Source of the DNA: Thermodesulfovibrionales bacterium
Lineage (GTDB): Bacteria > Nitrospirota > Thermodesulfovibrionia > Thermodesulfovibrionales > SM23-35
Length of the DNA stretch: 63,325 nt
Direction: 5' to 3'
Assembly (NCBI GenBank): GCA_963715195.1
Contig: CAVQRT010000035.1
Location: 1 to 63,325, forward strand
Shown: positions 43,338 to 53,952 of the stretch, piece after piece
Position numbering within the stretch: position 1 is the stretch's first letter
Layout: the number at the start of each line of letters is the position of its first letter
Program-made: the position numbers and the translations under genes
The notes under the pieces: generated by a model
The model's input: only the letters and a program-made list of their open reading frames with translations
Told to the model about the DNA's origin: nothing
Database searches by the model: none

Positions 43338-44174
43338 ATGTTTAAAATTCTCAAAAAAGAGACTCTCTCAGATGCCGTCACACTCTTTGATATTGAAGCG
43401 CCTGACATTGCCCGGAAAGCAAAGGCCGGAAATTTTTTCATACTCAAAATCGATGAGCGTGGCGAGAGAATCCCGCTCACCATTGCTGACTTTGACAGCG
43501 GGAGAGGCACTATCACGACCGTTTTCCAGAAAATCGGGAAGACAACCTTTCAGCTTGATGAACTCGGGGAAGGGGATATCCTCTCCGACGTCACCGGACC
43601 CCTCGGCATGCACAGCCATATAGACAGGTTTGGCAAGGTTATCTGTGTTGGAGGCGGGGTCGGGATCGCGCCGGTGTATCCTATCGCGAGGGAACTGAAA
43701 GAAGCGGGGAACCAGGTCATTTCGATCATCGGGGCCCGCACAAAAGACCTCCTCTTCTGGGAAGAAAAGATGCGGGAGGTCTCTGATGAACTCATCGTCA
43801 CGACCGACGACGGCTCATACGGCAGAAAATGTGTCGTGACGGTCCCGCTGGAAGAAATACTCCGTGAAAAGCAAGAGGTGGCACAGGTAACCGCTATCGG
43901 CCCTGCCATCATGATGAAATTCGTCTGTATCACCACTGAAAAATATAATGTAAAAACAATCGTGAGCCTCAATTCCATTATGGTCGACGGCACAGGAATG
44001 TGCGGCGCATGCAGGATCGAAGTCGGGGGGGAAACCAGGTTTGCCTGTGTGGACGGCCCCGAGTTTGACGGGCATAAGGTGGACTTTGACCTGCTTATGT
44101 CGCGGCAGAGAATGTATCTGGACGAGGAAAAATCTGCGCTTGCACAATACAGGGCATCTACCGTAGGGGAGTAA
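43338..44174 (+). CDS. nfnA: NfnA/SudB-type small subunit (FAD, [2Fe-2S]) of electron-bifurcating transhydrogenase
   Basis: GERIPLTIAD, GGGVG.AP, TDDGSYG, MVDGTGMCGACR, CVDGPEFD. Confidence 0.85.
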   Translation: MFKILKKETLSDAVTLFDIEAPDIARKAKAGNFFILKIDERGERIPLTIADFDSGRGTITTVFQKIGKTTFQLDELGEGDILSDVTGPLGMHSHIDRFGKVICVGGGVGIAPVYPIARELKEAGNQVISIIGARTKDLLFWEEKMREVSDELIVTTDDGSYGRKCVVTVPLEEILREKQEVAQVTAIGPAIMMKFVCITTEKYNVKTIVSLNSIMVDGTGMCGACRIEVGGETRFACVDGPEFDGHKVDFDLLMSRQRMYLDEEKSALAQYRASTVGE

Positions 44175-44176
44175 TT

Positions 44177-45598
44177 ATGGATGAGAAGAAAAAGAAACCC
44201 AGAGTAGCGATGCGTGAGCAGGATCCGCGGGAACGGGCGAAAAATTTCATGGAAGTCCCCCACGGCTATTCACCCGAGGAAGCGGTCGATGAGGCTTCGC
44301 GATGCCTGGGGTGCACAAGGCCCGCATGCAGGAACGGCTGCCCCGTACGGGTTGATATTCCCTCCTTTATTAAACTGATCAAGGAAGGCAGGTTTATCGA
44401 GGCGGCATGGAGCGTGAAAGAGCAAAACGCGCTGCCTGCTGTATGCGGCAGGGTATGTCCCCAGGAAATACAGTGTGAATCAATGTGTATCCTTGGGAAA
44501 AAGGGAGAACCTGTCGCCATAGGGAATCTCGAACGGTTTGTTTCTGATTATGAAGCAGCGGCGGGAGAGATTCAGGTGCCCAAGATACCAAGGAAGACCG
44601 GCAGGAAGATCGCAATCATCGGCTCTGGTCCGGGAGGGTTAACGTGTGCTGCCGAACTGATCAGGTCAGGTCATGAGGTAACCCTGTTCGAGGCCCTGCA
44701 TAAACCGGGGGGCGTGCTCGTCTACGGCATCCCCGAATTCCGGCTTCCGAAAGCGATCGTTGAAAGGGAAGTTGCCTATATACAACAACTTGGGGTCAAA
44801 GTTGTCGTGAATGCGGTCATTGGAAATCTCCATACGATTGATGAATTGCTGGACGTTCAGGGATACGATGCATGCTTCGTCGCGACAGGAGCAGGCCTGC
44901 CCGTATTCATGGGCATCCCCGGGGAAAACCTGAACGGCATCTATTCGGCGAATGAGTTTCTCACACGGGCCAATCTTATGAAGGCATACCTCTTCCCGGA
45001 ATATGACACCCCTATCAGGAGGGGAAAGCATGTGGCGGTCATCGGCGGCGGGAACGTCGCTATGGACTCTGCAAGGGTGGCATTGCGCCTCGGCGCAGAG
45101 AAGGTATCTCTCATTTACAGGCGGTCCGAAGCCGAGATGCCAGCCCGGAAGGCAGAGGTACACCACGCCCACGAAGAGGGCATAGATTTTCAGTTTCTGA
45201 CCAATCCCCTGCGTTACATAGACGACGGCAGCGGAAATGTCTGTGCAGTGGAATGCATCCGCATGGAACTGGGCGAAGCCGATGACTCGGGGAGAAGGAG
45301 ACCCGTCCCCGTTCAGGGGAGCGAATTCCAGATCGAGATAGATGTAGGTATCCCTGCAATCGGCACAAGATCAAACCCCCTGCTTCTGAACAGCACGGAA
45401 GGCCTCCGGACAAACAGAAGAGGCTATATCATCGCAAATGAAGAAACGGGGATGACCTCACGCAAGGGCGTATTTGCCGGCGGGGACATCGTTACCGGTT
45501 CCGCGACCGTAATCCTCGCGATGGGCGCAGGGAGGAAGGCAGCATCCGCAATCAAAGAATACCTGAAGTGGAAGTACTGGGACTTCGGGGAAGAGTGA
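44177..45598 (+). CDS. nfnB: NfnB/SudA (GltD-like) large subunit
   Basis: RCL.C…C..GCP, CGRVCPQE.QCE, GSGPGG, YGIPEFRLP, GGGNVAMD, YRR, AGGDIVTG; follows nfnA with no gltB nearby. Confidence 0.85.
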   Translation: MDEKKKKPRVAMREQDPRERAKNFMEVPHGYSPEEAVDEASRCLGCTRPACRNGCPVRVDIPSFIKLIKEGRFIEAAWSVKEQNALPAVCGRVCPQEIQCESMCILGKKGEPVAIGNLERFVSDYEAAAGEIQVPKIPRKTGRKIAIIGSGPGGLTCAAELIRSGHEVTLFEALHKPGGVLVYGIPEFRLPKAIVEREVAYIQQLGVKVVVNAVIGNLHTIDELLDVQGYDACFVATGAGLPVFMGIPGENLNGIYSANEFLTRANLMKAYLFPEYDTPIRRGKHVAVIGGGNVAMDSARVALRLGAEKVSLIYRRSEAEMPARKAEVHHAHEEGIDFQFLTNPLRYIDDGSGNVCAVECIRMELGEADDSGRRRPVPVQGSEFQIEIDVGIPAIGTRSNPLLLNSTEGLRTNRRGYIIANEETGMTSRKGVFAGGDIVTGSATVILAMGAGRKAASAIKEYLKWKYWDFGEE

Positions 45599-45677
45599 AC
45601 GATCCCCTGTCCCGCAGAAAAAAAACTCCCTCTGCAACTCTGAAGATATTTTCCGTCTCTTCCGATAGAATAAAAAA

Positions 45678-46152
45678 ATGGACCAGGCCGAAGCTGATGC
45701 CCGCTTTATGAAACTCGCCCTCCAGGAGGCGGAATCTGCCTATATCGAAGGCTGAGGTCCCTGTTGGTGCAGTTCTCGTTCGGAAAGGCGAAGTCATCGC
45801 AAGGGCACACAACAGGAGGGAATCATCAAAAGACCCGACAGGCCATGCAGAGATGCTTATTATGCGGGCCTCCGGAGGGGGCGGTGACAGCTGGAGACTC
45901 GAAGACACCACGCTTTATGTGACGAAAGAACCATGCATAATGTGTGCAGGAGGCATGATCAATGCAAGGCTGGGAAGGCTTGTATACGGATGCGGGGACG
46001 AAAAAGGCGGGGCAGTCGACAGTCTTTACCATATCCTTTCAGATGAGAGGTTGAATCATCAGGTCGAGGTTGTTTCAGGCATCCTTGCTGACCTGTGCGC
46101 AGAGGTGCTGAAAAAATTTTTCAGGGAACGGAGGCAGGAAAAGCTTCCCTGA
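45678..46152 (+). CDS. tadA: tRNA adenosine(34) deaminase (one frameshift)
   Basis: FM..AL.EA, EVPVGAV, HAE, WRL…TLYVT.EPC.MCAG. Confidence 0.88.
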
Positions 46153-46257
46153 GAAATGCGTTCAGGAAAACGTACATTTCTGCTTTTGTATTAATCAAAT
46201 CATTTCATTTAAACTATCATTTGTTGCTGAATGCTCATGTCTGTTGATTCTTGATGC

Positions 46258-46347
46258 GGAGGGGTGCCAGAGCGGTTGAATGGGACGGTCTCGAAAATCG
46301 TTGTGGGGGCAACCCCACCGAGGGTTCGAATCCCTCCCCCTCCGCCA
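46258..46347 (+). tRNA. tRNA-Ser(CGA)
   Basis: GGAGGGG acceptor stem, anticodon loop CTCGAAA, long variable arm, GGTTCGAATCC, CCA end. Confidence 0.95.
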
Positions 46348-46407
46348 CTCATTTTGCCTCATGACCACCACGTTCCGTGACCCTGGCCCCCTTTTCTGTT
46401 CTCATCG

Positions 46408-46830
46408 CTATGTGGGCACCCACACCTTCCCCTTTTCTATAATATGTATCACCTCCCATCCTCTCTTCCGGAGTTCTTTCGCAATCCATTTCCTGTGGCA
46501 TTTCCAGGGAAATTTTTCGGCGCAGATAATCACCGCCGGGCTTCGCAATGCAATCGGTTCGATCAACCCCACCCCCTCCAGGAAATCCTCTGTAGCTTTA
46601 TAGGAGAGGTACCCCCCCTTTCGAAGCCCTCCCAATTCTCTTCCAAGGAAATAGTACGCTATTCCTTCGCGGGCGAGAAAGGGTTAAAGGAGTTCCCTGC
46701 TGAAGATGCTGATCCTGCTACTGGAAAAACTTCTTACGTCAATCAATGACCGGATATCGTACGCCTTGAGAATTTCTATAAAATCCTCTTCGCTTCTCCT
46801 GCTCGTCCCCAGGGTAAATACCTTTTTCAT
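46408..46830 (-). CDS. DUF488-family protein (frameshifted)
   Basis: FTLGTS.R..E.F…L, LIDVR, LGG.R, CAE…W.CHR. Confidence 0.8.
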
Positions 46831-47211
46831 CTTCTTATAAAGAAATTCACCTGAAGGAGAAACTAACAATGCATGTGAGGAAGTTGTGGATAGAGGTGTG
46901 TAAAACTCATCCCGGCTTTACAGATATCAGGGTCTTCTTTTCTTTGCATATAAATTAGGCAGCCTAAATGTAGCGCAAAAACATGCCCTTGTCAATTTTC
47001 TCTCGCATTCTTTCCTGGAGCATGACCTCTATGGGCGCTGAATCTTTGTCATACGGGGCTTTTCTTTAGTCCTGTTTTCCGAAACACCTCTGAATGCCTG
47101 TATTCACTGGGAATGCGAGGATGGATCATCGTGTCACACTTTCTCCTGAGAGCTGTTCACGAAATCTCTGCGTGTGTACTGACGAATTCGTGCAGGTGCT
47201 TCTTCAGCGTC

Positions 47212-47922
47212 TCAATTCGCCGTCTTTTTGTCCAGCGAGGATACAAACCTCTCGAGTGTCGCCATATCAGTTTCAGACATGTCCATGAACTCAATCCCTA
47301 TCTCATATCGCGGCGGGGTCATAATCTCTGCCGGCCTGCATGTGACAATTCTTCCCCATAGGGCAATTGCATAGTTTTTCGAAAGGGTCATTTCCATCGG
47401 GACCATTTCCTCAACCGGCAATACAAAATCACTCTCTATCAGCATACCGCATTTACTTAACCTTTTCACCGTGTAATTCTCAACGCACCGGACCGTTGCC
47501 CGCTCCGGGTCATGGATTGTGAACCTCACATGAATCCTGATTCCGTTCATCAGGGGAGCCCCTCCGCCTACCGGCTGATAATCGATATAATTGTCCCTTA
47601 TGAACTTTTCAATCTCTCTTGTGCGCGTGTCTGAAATATTCTGGAACTTCATGCCAACCGTAAATGCCTGAGGGACCTCCCCCTCCTTCGCGGTGCCAGC
47701 CTGCTGCGTGGACCAGACAATTTTCCCTCTTAAATGCAGGATGCAGCCTTTGTTTTCAAGCCTGAGCACATACACCCCCCCGGTATTCAGCTGTTTTTCT
47801 GTCATAAAGGCAATGCCACCGCCACTGATATTGAGTACCTTCACATTGTTTGAAAAAAGTATTTTTCCGTGGATATTCATAAAATCCACAGAGAACCTTG
47901 GATGTCGCCTGTTTTCTTTCAC
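47212..47922 (-). CDS. Tandem PilZ-domain protein
   Basis: RRHPRF…NISGGG (RxxxR, N/DxSxxG); second PilZ is degenerate. Confidence 0.85.
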   Translation of the reverse strand: MKENRRHPRFSVDFMNIHGKILFSNNVKVLNISGGGIAFMTEKQLNTGGVYVLRLENKGCILHLRGKIVWSTQQAGTAKEGEVPQAFTVGMKFQNISDTRTREIEKFIRDNYIDYQPVGGGAPLMNGIRIHVRFTIHDPERATVRCVENYTVKRLSKCGMLIESDFVLPVEEMVPMEMTLSKNYAIALWGRIVTCRPAEIMTPPRYEIGIEFMDMSETDMATLERFVSSLDKKTAN

Positions 47923-48201
47923 CGGACCCGGTCCTTTTTCATCTGTAAGAACATGTCTGTGCTATATGCCTGAACACCAATGTAACTGTACATACACTTT
48001 TGTCCCTCTATATGTAATTTTCACTTTTCAAAGAAGGAAGTCAATCCTACTTGGGGAGGGGAGTGTGCTTTCACTTAGAGAATTCAGACATGAGCCATGC
48101 GTCTTTCCGAAAAGAGCATATGTCGGATTGGAGCTGTTCACAGGGGGTCAAAAACTGGGTTGACAGTTATGACAGACTCCATGTTATTTTATATACTCTT
48201 C

Positions 48202-48276
48202 GGGCGATTAGCTCAGCGGGAGAGCGCTTCCTTCACACGGAAGAGGCCACTGGTTCGAAACCAGTATCGCCCACCA
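48202..48276 (+). tRNA. tRNA-Val(CAC)
   Basis: GGGCGAT acceptor stem, CTTCC-TTCACAC-GGAAG anticodon arm, GGTTCGAAACC, CCA end. Confidence 0.95.
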
Positions 48277-48658
48277 TATTTTTCAAGGACTTACCCCAAT
48301 CCCCCTCTTTACTCCCTTTTTTTTGCGAGGGTACCGCACTTTTTAATCTCCGCGATGCTGCACCTCGCAATTCTGCGGGGATGTCACGTGGGTACGAGGA
48401 GATGGCTCGATGGGTAGGGCCTTGATCCGGCCGGAGTCATTTTTTTGTTGCAGAAACTGTATGGTATATATTAAATAAATAGCAAATCAGGCCGAAGGAG
48501 TGATGGGAGACTGTTTCTTTTCACCGGGGTTGTCCTTGCCGAAAAATGATCAGGCCAGGGAGCCCGGACTTGAGCAAGTAAGGGGAAGACAGGAGCGGGC
48601 ACAGAGTTATTTCAGATGAAAACACCTCGTTTTTCTTAAAATACTATTAGGGCATCCT

Positions 48659-50812
48659 ATGAGTCAAAACCTGGCAAAACAGAAAAAACTGATCGAAAAG
48701 ATCGCGTTCAACATTATCGAGCAGGAAATGCGCACCGTGGTCCAGGGGCAGAGGACTTATCCCGAGATTTACATGGATGTAAGGAAAACGGTCGACTACG
48801 CGGCACGCATCCATAAAAAACAGATTAGAAAAAACGGGGAGCCCTATATATTCCACCCTATGCACGTTGCACTGATCGCTGCCGAGAACGGCATGGTCGA
48901 CAAGATCTCGATTGACAGCTGCATGCTTCATGATGTGATTGAAGACGGTGGGGTCAGCAGGAAAGAAATATCGGAACTGTTCGGGGAGGAAGTTGCCGAG
49001 ATTGTCGAGGGTCTTACAAAAATAAGGATGCATAAGGCCGAATCCTATGACAAATTCTTTTCCCACACCGTCAATAATCCGAGGGTAGCCTATATAAAAA
49101 TATTTGACCGGCTCCACAACCTCAGGACATTATGGCCTCATTCCCCTTCGAAACAGGTGATCATCGCGGAAGAATCGATGGAAATATATCATAAGCTCTG
49201 CATCCGCTTGTGTCTTACCGATATCGCAAACGAGATAGAGAGCCTGTGCGCCCCCGTTCTCTATCCCGATAAATTCGATCAGTTTTCCGCCCGCCTCCAG
49301 CAAATTCAGAAATGGTCGGGAGACATCATCAATAGCTTCAAGATGAACGTCCTGGAGAAATGTCATGAAAACGACGTGAAAATAAGAAAAATCCGGGTGC
49401 AGTGGAAGCCCTTTCTCGATATCCCCGACTACGAACTCATGCAGGTCCCCGGTGTTCTTCTGTTTAAGTTGGTTGTCAATTCTGTCGAAAACGCATACAA
49501 AATGCTCTGGGTCCTGAATACAAGCTACAAGGTTGCCGGGGATATTGAAGACAGCATCTCGGTTCCCAGGTTCAACAATTTCAGGGGCATTCAGTATACC
49601 GTGATTGTTGAAGGGGTGAAAATCCCGTTGCTCATCACGACTGACACATTCAACGAGTTTAACAGAAAGGGAATCCTTGTGTACGGCAGTTTCAGCAATG
49701 ATACCGAAATCAACATGAAATTTATGAAACACCTGCAGGAATACCTGACAGACGAAAGCAATTTCCTCGACATAAAGACCCTGACTTCATTCATCGAAAA
49801 AGACGAAATACAGGTCTTTGCGAAAGACGGGAAGACCATGATCGATCTCAAAAAAGGCTCAACCGTCCTTGATTTTGCATTCAAGATACATTCGGACCTG
49901 GGGCTCAGGGCAGATTACGGTGTCGTCGACGGAGCGAGAGTCGGGTTGCGTCACCAATTACAGAACGGAAATATCGTGCGTGTCTATACAAAAAACGAGG
50001 CGACCGCAACTGAGGAGTATCTGAGAAAGTGCGTGACCCCCAAGGCCCACAGGGTCCTGAAGAAGTATTTCGAAACTGCCCGCATAGATGCGGTATTCAA
50101 TCTTGCAAAAGAGTATCTGGAAAAGAATCTTTCACTTTTCCATGTGGATTCCAAGATGTTCTGGGAAAAGCTGCATGAGGCATGTCCGACCGAAAGGGAA
50201 ATACTGGACAGGGTACTGGGGACGCTTCATGACGTCCACAATATCGAAAATCTGCTTATTGAATTTAACCTGATTGACGGGGTGGCTCTCTCTGCATACC
50301 GGAAAAAAGGGGAATCGCTCTTCAGGATATTGAATATCTTCTCGGTGGGGCAGAAGGGTCTGCCCGTAGAGGTCGATTTCATGGATATTCATTACCTGCC
50401 GTGTCCCTACTGCATCCCCACCTTCCACAACGGGCCCCACAGGGGGGTCCTTGAAGATACCAAATTCATAGTCCATTCAGGGAACTGCCAGAAGATCAAG
50501 GATTTTCCGGAGGAGCGTATTTTTCCGGTCAAGCTCAGAAAAACCAAGCAGATAGAAAGCCAGATTTATATGGTGATAGAGACAGACGATGTGTCAGGCA
50601 TTACCCACGCGATCTCCTCAGTATTTAAAAACACAAACCTTGAGATGTTTAACGTCGAAAACGACCATGTAAAGGCCCTCTACCGGCTCGCTTTTTACCA
50701 AAAATCTCCCCAGACAGTCTCTTCATATCTTGATCAGCTCAGAAAAATTCATGAAGTGAGAGGCATCACGATAAGCACCAAGAATATCTTCAGCATGTAT
50801 CCCCTGCATTAA
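48659..50812 (+). CDS. Long RelA/SpoT homologue: HD hydrolase, degenerate synthetase, TGS, Zn-finger-like, ACT-like
   Basis: H..Q.RK.GEPY..HP, LHDVIED, K..DRLHNLRTL; TGS GST.LDFAF.IHS.LG. Confidence 0.85.
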   Translation: MSQNLAKQKKLIEKIAFNIIEQEMRTVVQGQRTYPEIYMDVRKTVDYAARIHKKQIRKNGEPYIFHPMHVALIAAENGMVDKISIDSCMLHDVIEDGGVSRKEISELFGEEVAEIVEGLTKIRMHKAESYDKFFSHTVNNPRVAYIKIFDRLHNLRTLWPHSPSKQVIIAEESMEIYHKLCIRLCLTDIANEIESLCAPVLYPDKFDQFSARLQQIQKWSGDIINSFKMNVLEKCHENDVKIRKIRVQWKPFLDIPDYELMQVPGVLLFKLVVNSVENAYKMLWVLNTSYKVAGDIEDSISVPRFNNFRGIQYTVIVEGVKIPLLITTDTFNEFNRKGILVYGSFSNDTEINMKFMKHLQEYLTDESNFLDIKTLTSFIEKDEIQVFAKDGKTMIDLKKGSTVLDFAFKIHSDLGLRADYGVVDGARVGLRHQLQNGNIVRVYTKNEATATEEYLRKCVTPKAHRVLKKYFETARIDAVFNLAKEYLEKNLSLFHVDSKMFWEKLHEACPTEREILDRVLGTLHDVHNIENLLIEFNLIDGVALSAYRKKGESLFRILNIFSVGQKGLPVEVDFMDIHYLPCPYCIPTFHNGPHRGVLEDTKFIVHSGNCQKIKDFPEERIFPVKLRKTKQIESQIYMVIETDDVSGITHAISSVFKNTNLEMFNVENDHVKALYRLAFYQKSPQTVSSYLDQLRKIHEVRGITISTKNIFSMYPLH

Positions 50813-50869
50813 CCAGCAAGATACACACGCCATGCAGCGAGATCAAAGCTATCGCGCGGAATTCAGACC

Positions 50870-51877
50870 CTATCTCTCCTTATTCCATACGTATACTTCA
50901 TAGCCATCTATGATCTTGCTTATCGGGACAAACCCTGTGGGGTCCAGTATAGGCTTTATGAGGTTCTTCGCGAGACAGATCGTATTGGGAGCCGCATGCT
51001 TTTGCATGTGCCCGGCTACATCAATTACACGGTCGGTCATTTCTTCCATGGGCACCTGGTCATCAAAATAGACAAGTCCCGCATTGATGCCGCATCTTAC
51101 CCTGAAGTCTTTTCTCATCGTCTTCACATGCGCATTGAAGGATTCCAGGCCGTCTATAACTTCACGCGCTGTTCTTACGGCCGCCTCAACAGTCCGGAAA
51201 CAGCTCATCACCCCCTCCGGGGTCCATGCAAATTTAAGCGCTCCCTGCATCCTGAGCTTGTTCTCCACAAATTTCTTGTATTCCTTGAAATCATATTCTA
51301 TGGCTGCGCTTTCCTCCCCTTCCTTCAGACCTGTTGAATCAACGATCCCGATCGAGAGAAAGGCGAGTTCCTTTCCCATTGTATCGAGCTTCTTTTTCGT
51401 GTCCGCAAACAGCTTAAGAAGCTCGTCCCTCTCACCTTTCGGCGCGGTACCAAGCCTTTCGAACTTCTCCTTCAGGGGCATGATCACCTTTGCATCATCA
51501 GAGAGCTTCATCCTCACTTTCCATTCCTCATATTCGTCCCTGATCCTGATATTACTGAGCTTCATCCTGCAACTGCTCCGTATCCTGCTTGACAGAATGC
51601 CAAGGACAACTGCACACCCGATCCCTATCCAGCGTGTCATGTTCATGCCGGAAATCCTGGTGGGCACAACCCCCTGGACAAACGAAGAGAGTGACTTTTC
51701 CCAGAGCAGTGCCTTTTCAATATAGGGGAATGAACGTGCATCTTTCACGTAAGGCAGTCCGAGTGGCAGGAGAAAAATAAGGATCACAACAATCGCCGCG
51801 ATAATGGCCAGCTGTGAGAAAAAGATTGCCCCCCTGCAGGGGACGGTCTTCAGCAGTTGTGTTTTTCGCACGCGCAT
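50870..51877 (-). CDS. Membrane-anchored class III nucleotidyl-cyclase-like protein
   Basis: Two N-terminal TM helices; FLSIGIVDST, RCGINAG.V, D.A..MQK.A. Confidence 0.6.
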   Translation of the reverse strand: MRVRKTQLLKTVPCRGAIFFSQLAIIAAIVVILIFLLPLGLPYVKDARSFPYIEKALLWEKSLSSFVQGVVPTRISGMNMTRWIGIGCAVVLGILSSRIRSSCRMKLSNIRIRDEYEEWKVRMKLSDDAKVIMPLKEKFERLGTAPKGERDELLKLFADTKKKLDTMGKELAFLSIGIVDSTGLKEGEESAAIEYDFKEYKKFVENKLRMQGALKFAWTPEGVMSCFRTVEAAVRTAREVIDGLESFNAHVKTMRKDFRVRCGINAGLVYFDDQVPMEEMTDRVIDVAGHMQKHAAPNTICLAKNLIKPILDPTGFVPISKIIDGYEVYVWNKER

Positions 51878-52050
51878 CTTCCTTTCTTCGCTGTATGAAT
51901 TACTTTATGTGCATTATAGGATGAGTCAAGATATTTTGCAATTACGGAGCACCACGATAAACAGAACAGAGCAGACAGGAAAAAGGGGGTACCAATGCCT
52001 CTTTGTTTTTATTCAGTGAAGAGAAGAACCAAAGTGTTCTGATGAATCCC

Positions 52051-53619
52051 TCACAGTTCAGGGGGGAGATGCGGGCTGTATTTTTCGGTCAGATTACTGG
52101 TAATGCGTGTCTGGTATCTGCCGATAATTTTATCTATGCTCCAATGGAACAGGACCCAGTTTTGCCCAATCCTGTGGAGGTAGTGTCGTAATCCGGAGAG
52201 GAAGTTTGGCTGCCCAGAGTGGGGAAAAGTTTTCACGTATATGAATGAAAATAGCTGGATGATTCTGCTGAACACGCCCACAGCTTTATCATATTTCTCA
52301 TATTGGCTCTTTTTGTATTTCCTCATAAAATACCCTTGATAATCTTTAAAGGAATCGGGACACATGAAAATCCTCATGTCTTCGGGCCCTTGTATGAAGT
52401 GGTCGAACATGCGGACCCCGATTGCCTTTTTTGACTGTCCGAACAGACTGCGGGGGATGCCGCTCTCCTCTGCAATTCTCCGGGGAATCGGCTTTTCATA
52501 ATGTCCCCCAAGCACCCACGGTTTCATTTCAGGTGAACGGGATATCGCAAGAATCTCTGGTTGCCTAACGGCCCCGATAAAAGGGACCGGCAAATGAATG
52601 AAACCCACCCGCAACCTGAATTCCTCCATTAGCGAACCGCTTGCGTCAGTGCGCAGAATTGCGCGATTTGGACGATTTTTGAGCTCCCATACGTAACCGC
52701 CGTTGAATCCCGTCACAAATACCTTACGGCGAAGAAGTTCCTCCTTACAGGCAAATACAATGTCGCCCCCGTTGGTTGCAGTGCCCGGGGCAAAAAATTC
52801 TGCCTCCGGGCAGGTCTTAAGCTTCTGGTATTCAAGACGCTCGGCTTCTACCACCGAGTATCCAAGATGTTGGGCTGCCTCCCTCCCGGAGTCGCTCAAT
52901 GGTCTGACTCGTGCTTCAGGAAAGGTAATCGCATGCGCACACCCGATTCTTCTTGAGAGGGCTGCACCGGCGGTAGAATCATACCCCGATGAGATAGTTA
53001 CAAGAAAATTGTATTGGATACGACGTGCAGGTGAGGTAACATTGTCTCTGATCTTCTCAAGGGTCTCGACAAGATAATTATAGTATTCGGCATAATTCAA
53101 AAATGCAGGGGGTAGTGGTTTGTTCACAGTATTCCATGAGAGATCATTTTTCACTTGTACATTGTCCATGTAGCGCAGTGCGACACTTCCCTGCTCCAAA
53201 GGAATATTTTTTTTATATTTTTCTATTCCCCTTATGATTGACTGGAAGTCCCTGAAGTAAAGTGAATAGTCAGGCTTCAGCCTGTTCCCTGAGGCGGAGA
53301 GACAGAAAGGAAAGGAATTTGAAACAAAAAGCGTATCATCTCTTCTTATAATGTGGAGTCTTGCAAGGGTGTGTGACGGGGGGCAGAATGTAAGTCCGTG
53401 CTGTTTTAGTTTCCCTCCCGAACCTTTGAGCACACTAGACCTGTCGAAGTCTCCTGCAATAAATGCTGAATTCCAGGTTCCCTCAAAGAAAAAATCTTTC
53501 CCTGTTTCAACCCACTCTCCGTGAACAACACTCACTGCTGGCCGGTTTTTTTGCACAATCGCCACCCATGCGAGTCTGGGGAGCTGGGTGTCCCTGAAAA
53601 AATTAAAATACATGGACAT
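52051..53619 (-). CDS. Asparagine-synthetase-like (PP-loop) hypothetical protein
   Basis: ISSGYDS PP-loop, TG..GG.VW, Y.KPIPRRIAE. Confidence 0.55.
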   Translation of the reverse strand: MSMYFNFFRDTQLPRLAWVAIVQKNRPAVSVVHGEWVETGKDFFFEGTWNSAFIAGDFDRSSVLKGSGGKLKQHGLTFCPPSHTLARLHIIRRDDTLFVSNSFPFCLSASGNRLKPDYSLYFRDFQSIIRGIEKYKKNIPLEQGSVALRYMDNVQVKNDLSWNTVNKPLPPAFLNYAEYYNYLVETLEKIRDNVTSPARRIQYNFLVTISSGYDSTAGAALSRRIGCAHAITFPEARVRPLSDSGREAAQHLGYSVVEAERLEYQKLKTCPEAEFFAPGTATNGGDIVFACKEELLRRKVFVTGFNGGYVWELKNRPNRAILRTDASGSLMEEFRLRVGFIHLPVPFIGAVRQPEILAISRSPEMKPWVLGGHYEKPIPRRIAEESGIPRSLFGQSKKAIGVRMFDHFIQGPEDMRIFMCPDSFKDYQGYFMRKYKKSQYEKYDKAVGVFSRIIQLFSFIYVKTFPHSGQPNFLSGLRHYLHRIGQNWVLFHWSIDKIIGRYQTRITSNLTEKYSPHLPPEL

Positions 53620-53952
53620 GAATCACCGGGGGGCTCTGCAGTATACGATCAGTCTATTTTGCCTCCACACTATTGACATATCTTACACCATTTATGTGCA
53701 GAGGTAATCACGAAAATTTTTGCATATAGGAGCAGTTATGGTGATAAAATCGGGGGAACTCCGCCGCTGAAATCAGAAAAAACACCCCCCGGCAAAGGTG
53801 AAGGAGGTTACTCGGGGGATGCTGTAAGGAGATGATAAGGAGTTACATTCACAATACAATAATAAAACAGGGGACACAGTGATCGAAATCACATCATGAA
53901 AAAAAAGATCCCACTGCACGCCTGTGTCCGGTGCCTGACGTGCGAAAAGGGT

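Noticed and set aside
44177..45598. Glutamate synthase small subunit (gltD)
   Set aside because: No gltB adjacent, and it is paired with an NfnA/SudB-type gene, which indicates NfnAB
53720..53900. Cluster of AAGGA/AGGGA motifs as a CsrB-like sRNA, or a short Cys-rich ORF starting near 53896
   Set aside because: Few motifs, no clear GGA-loop hairpins, and no convincing RBS for the peptide
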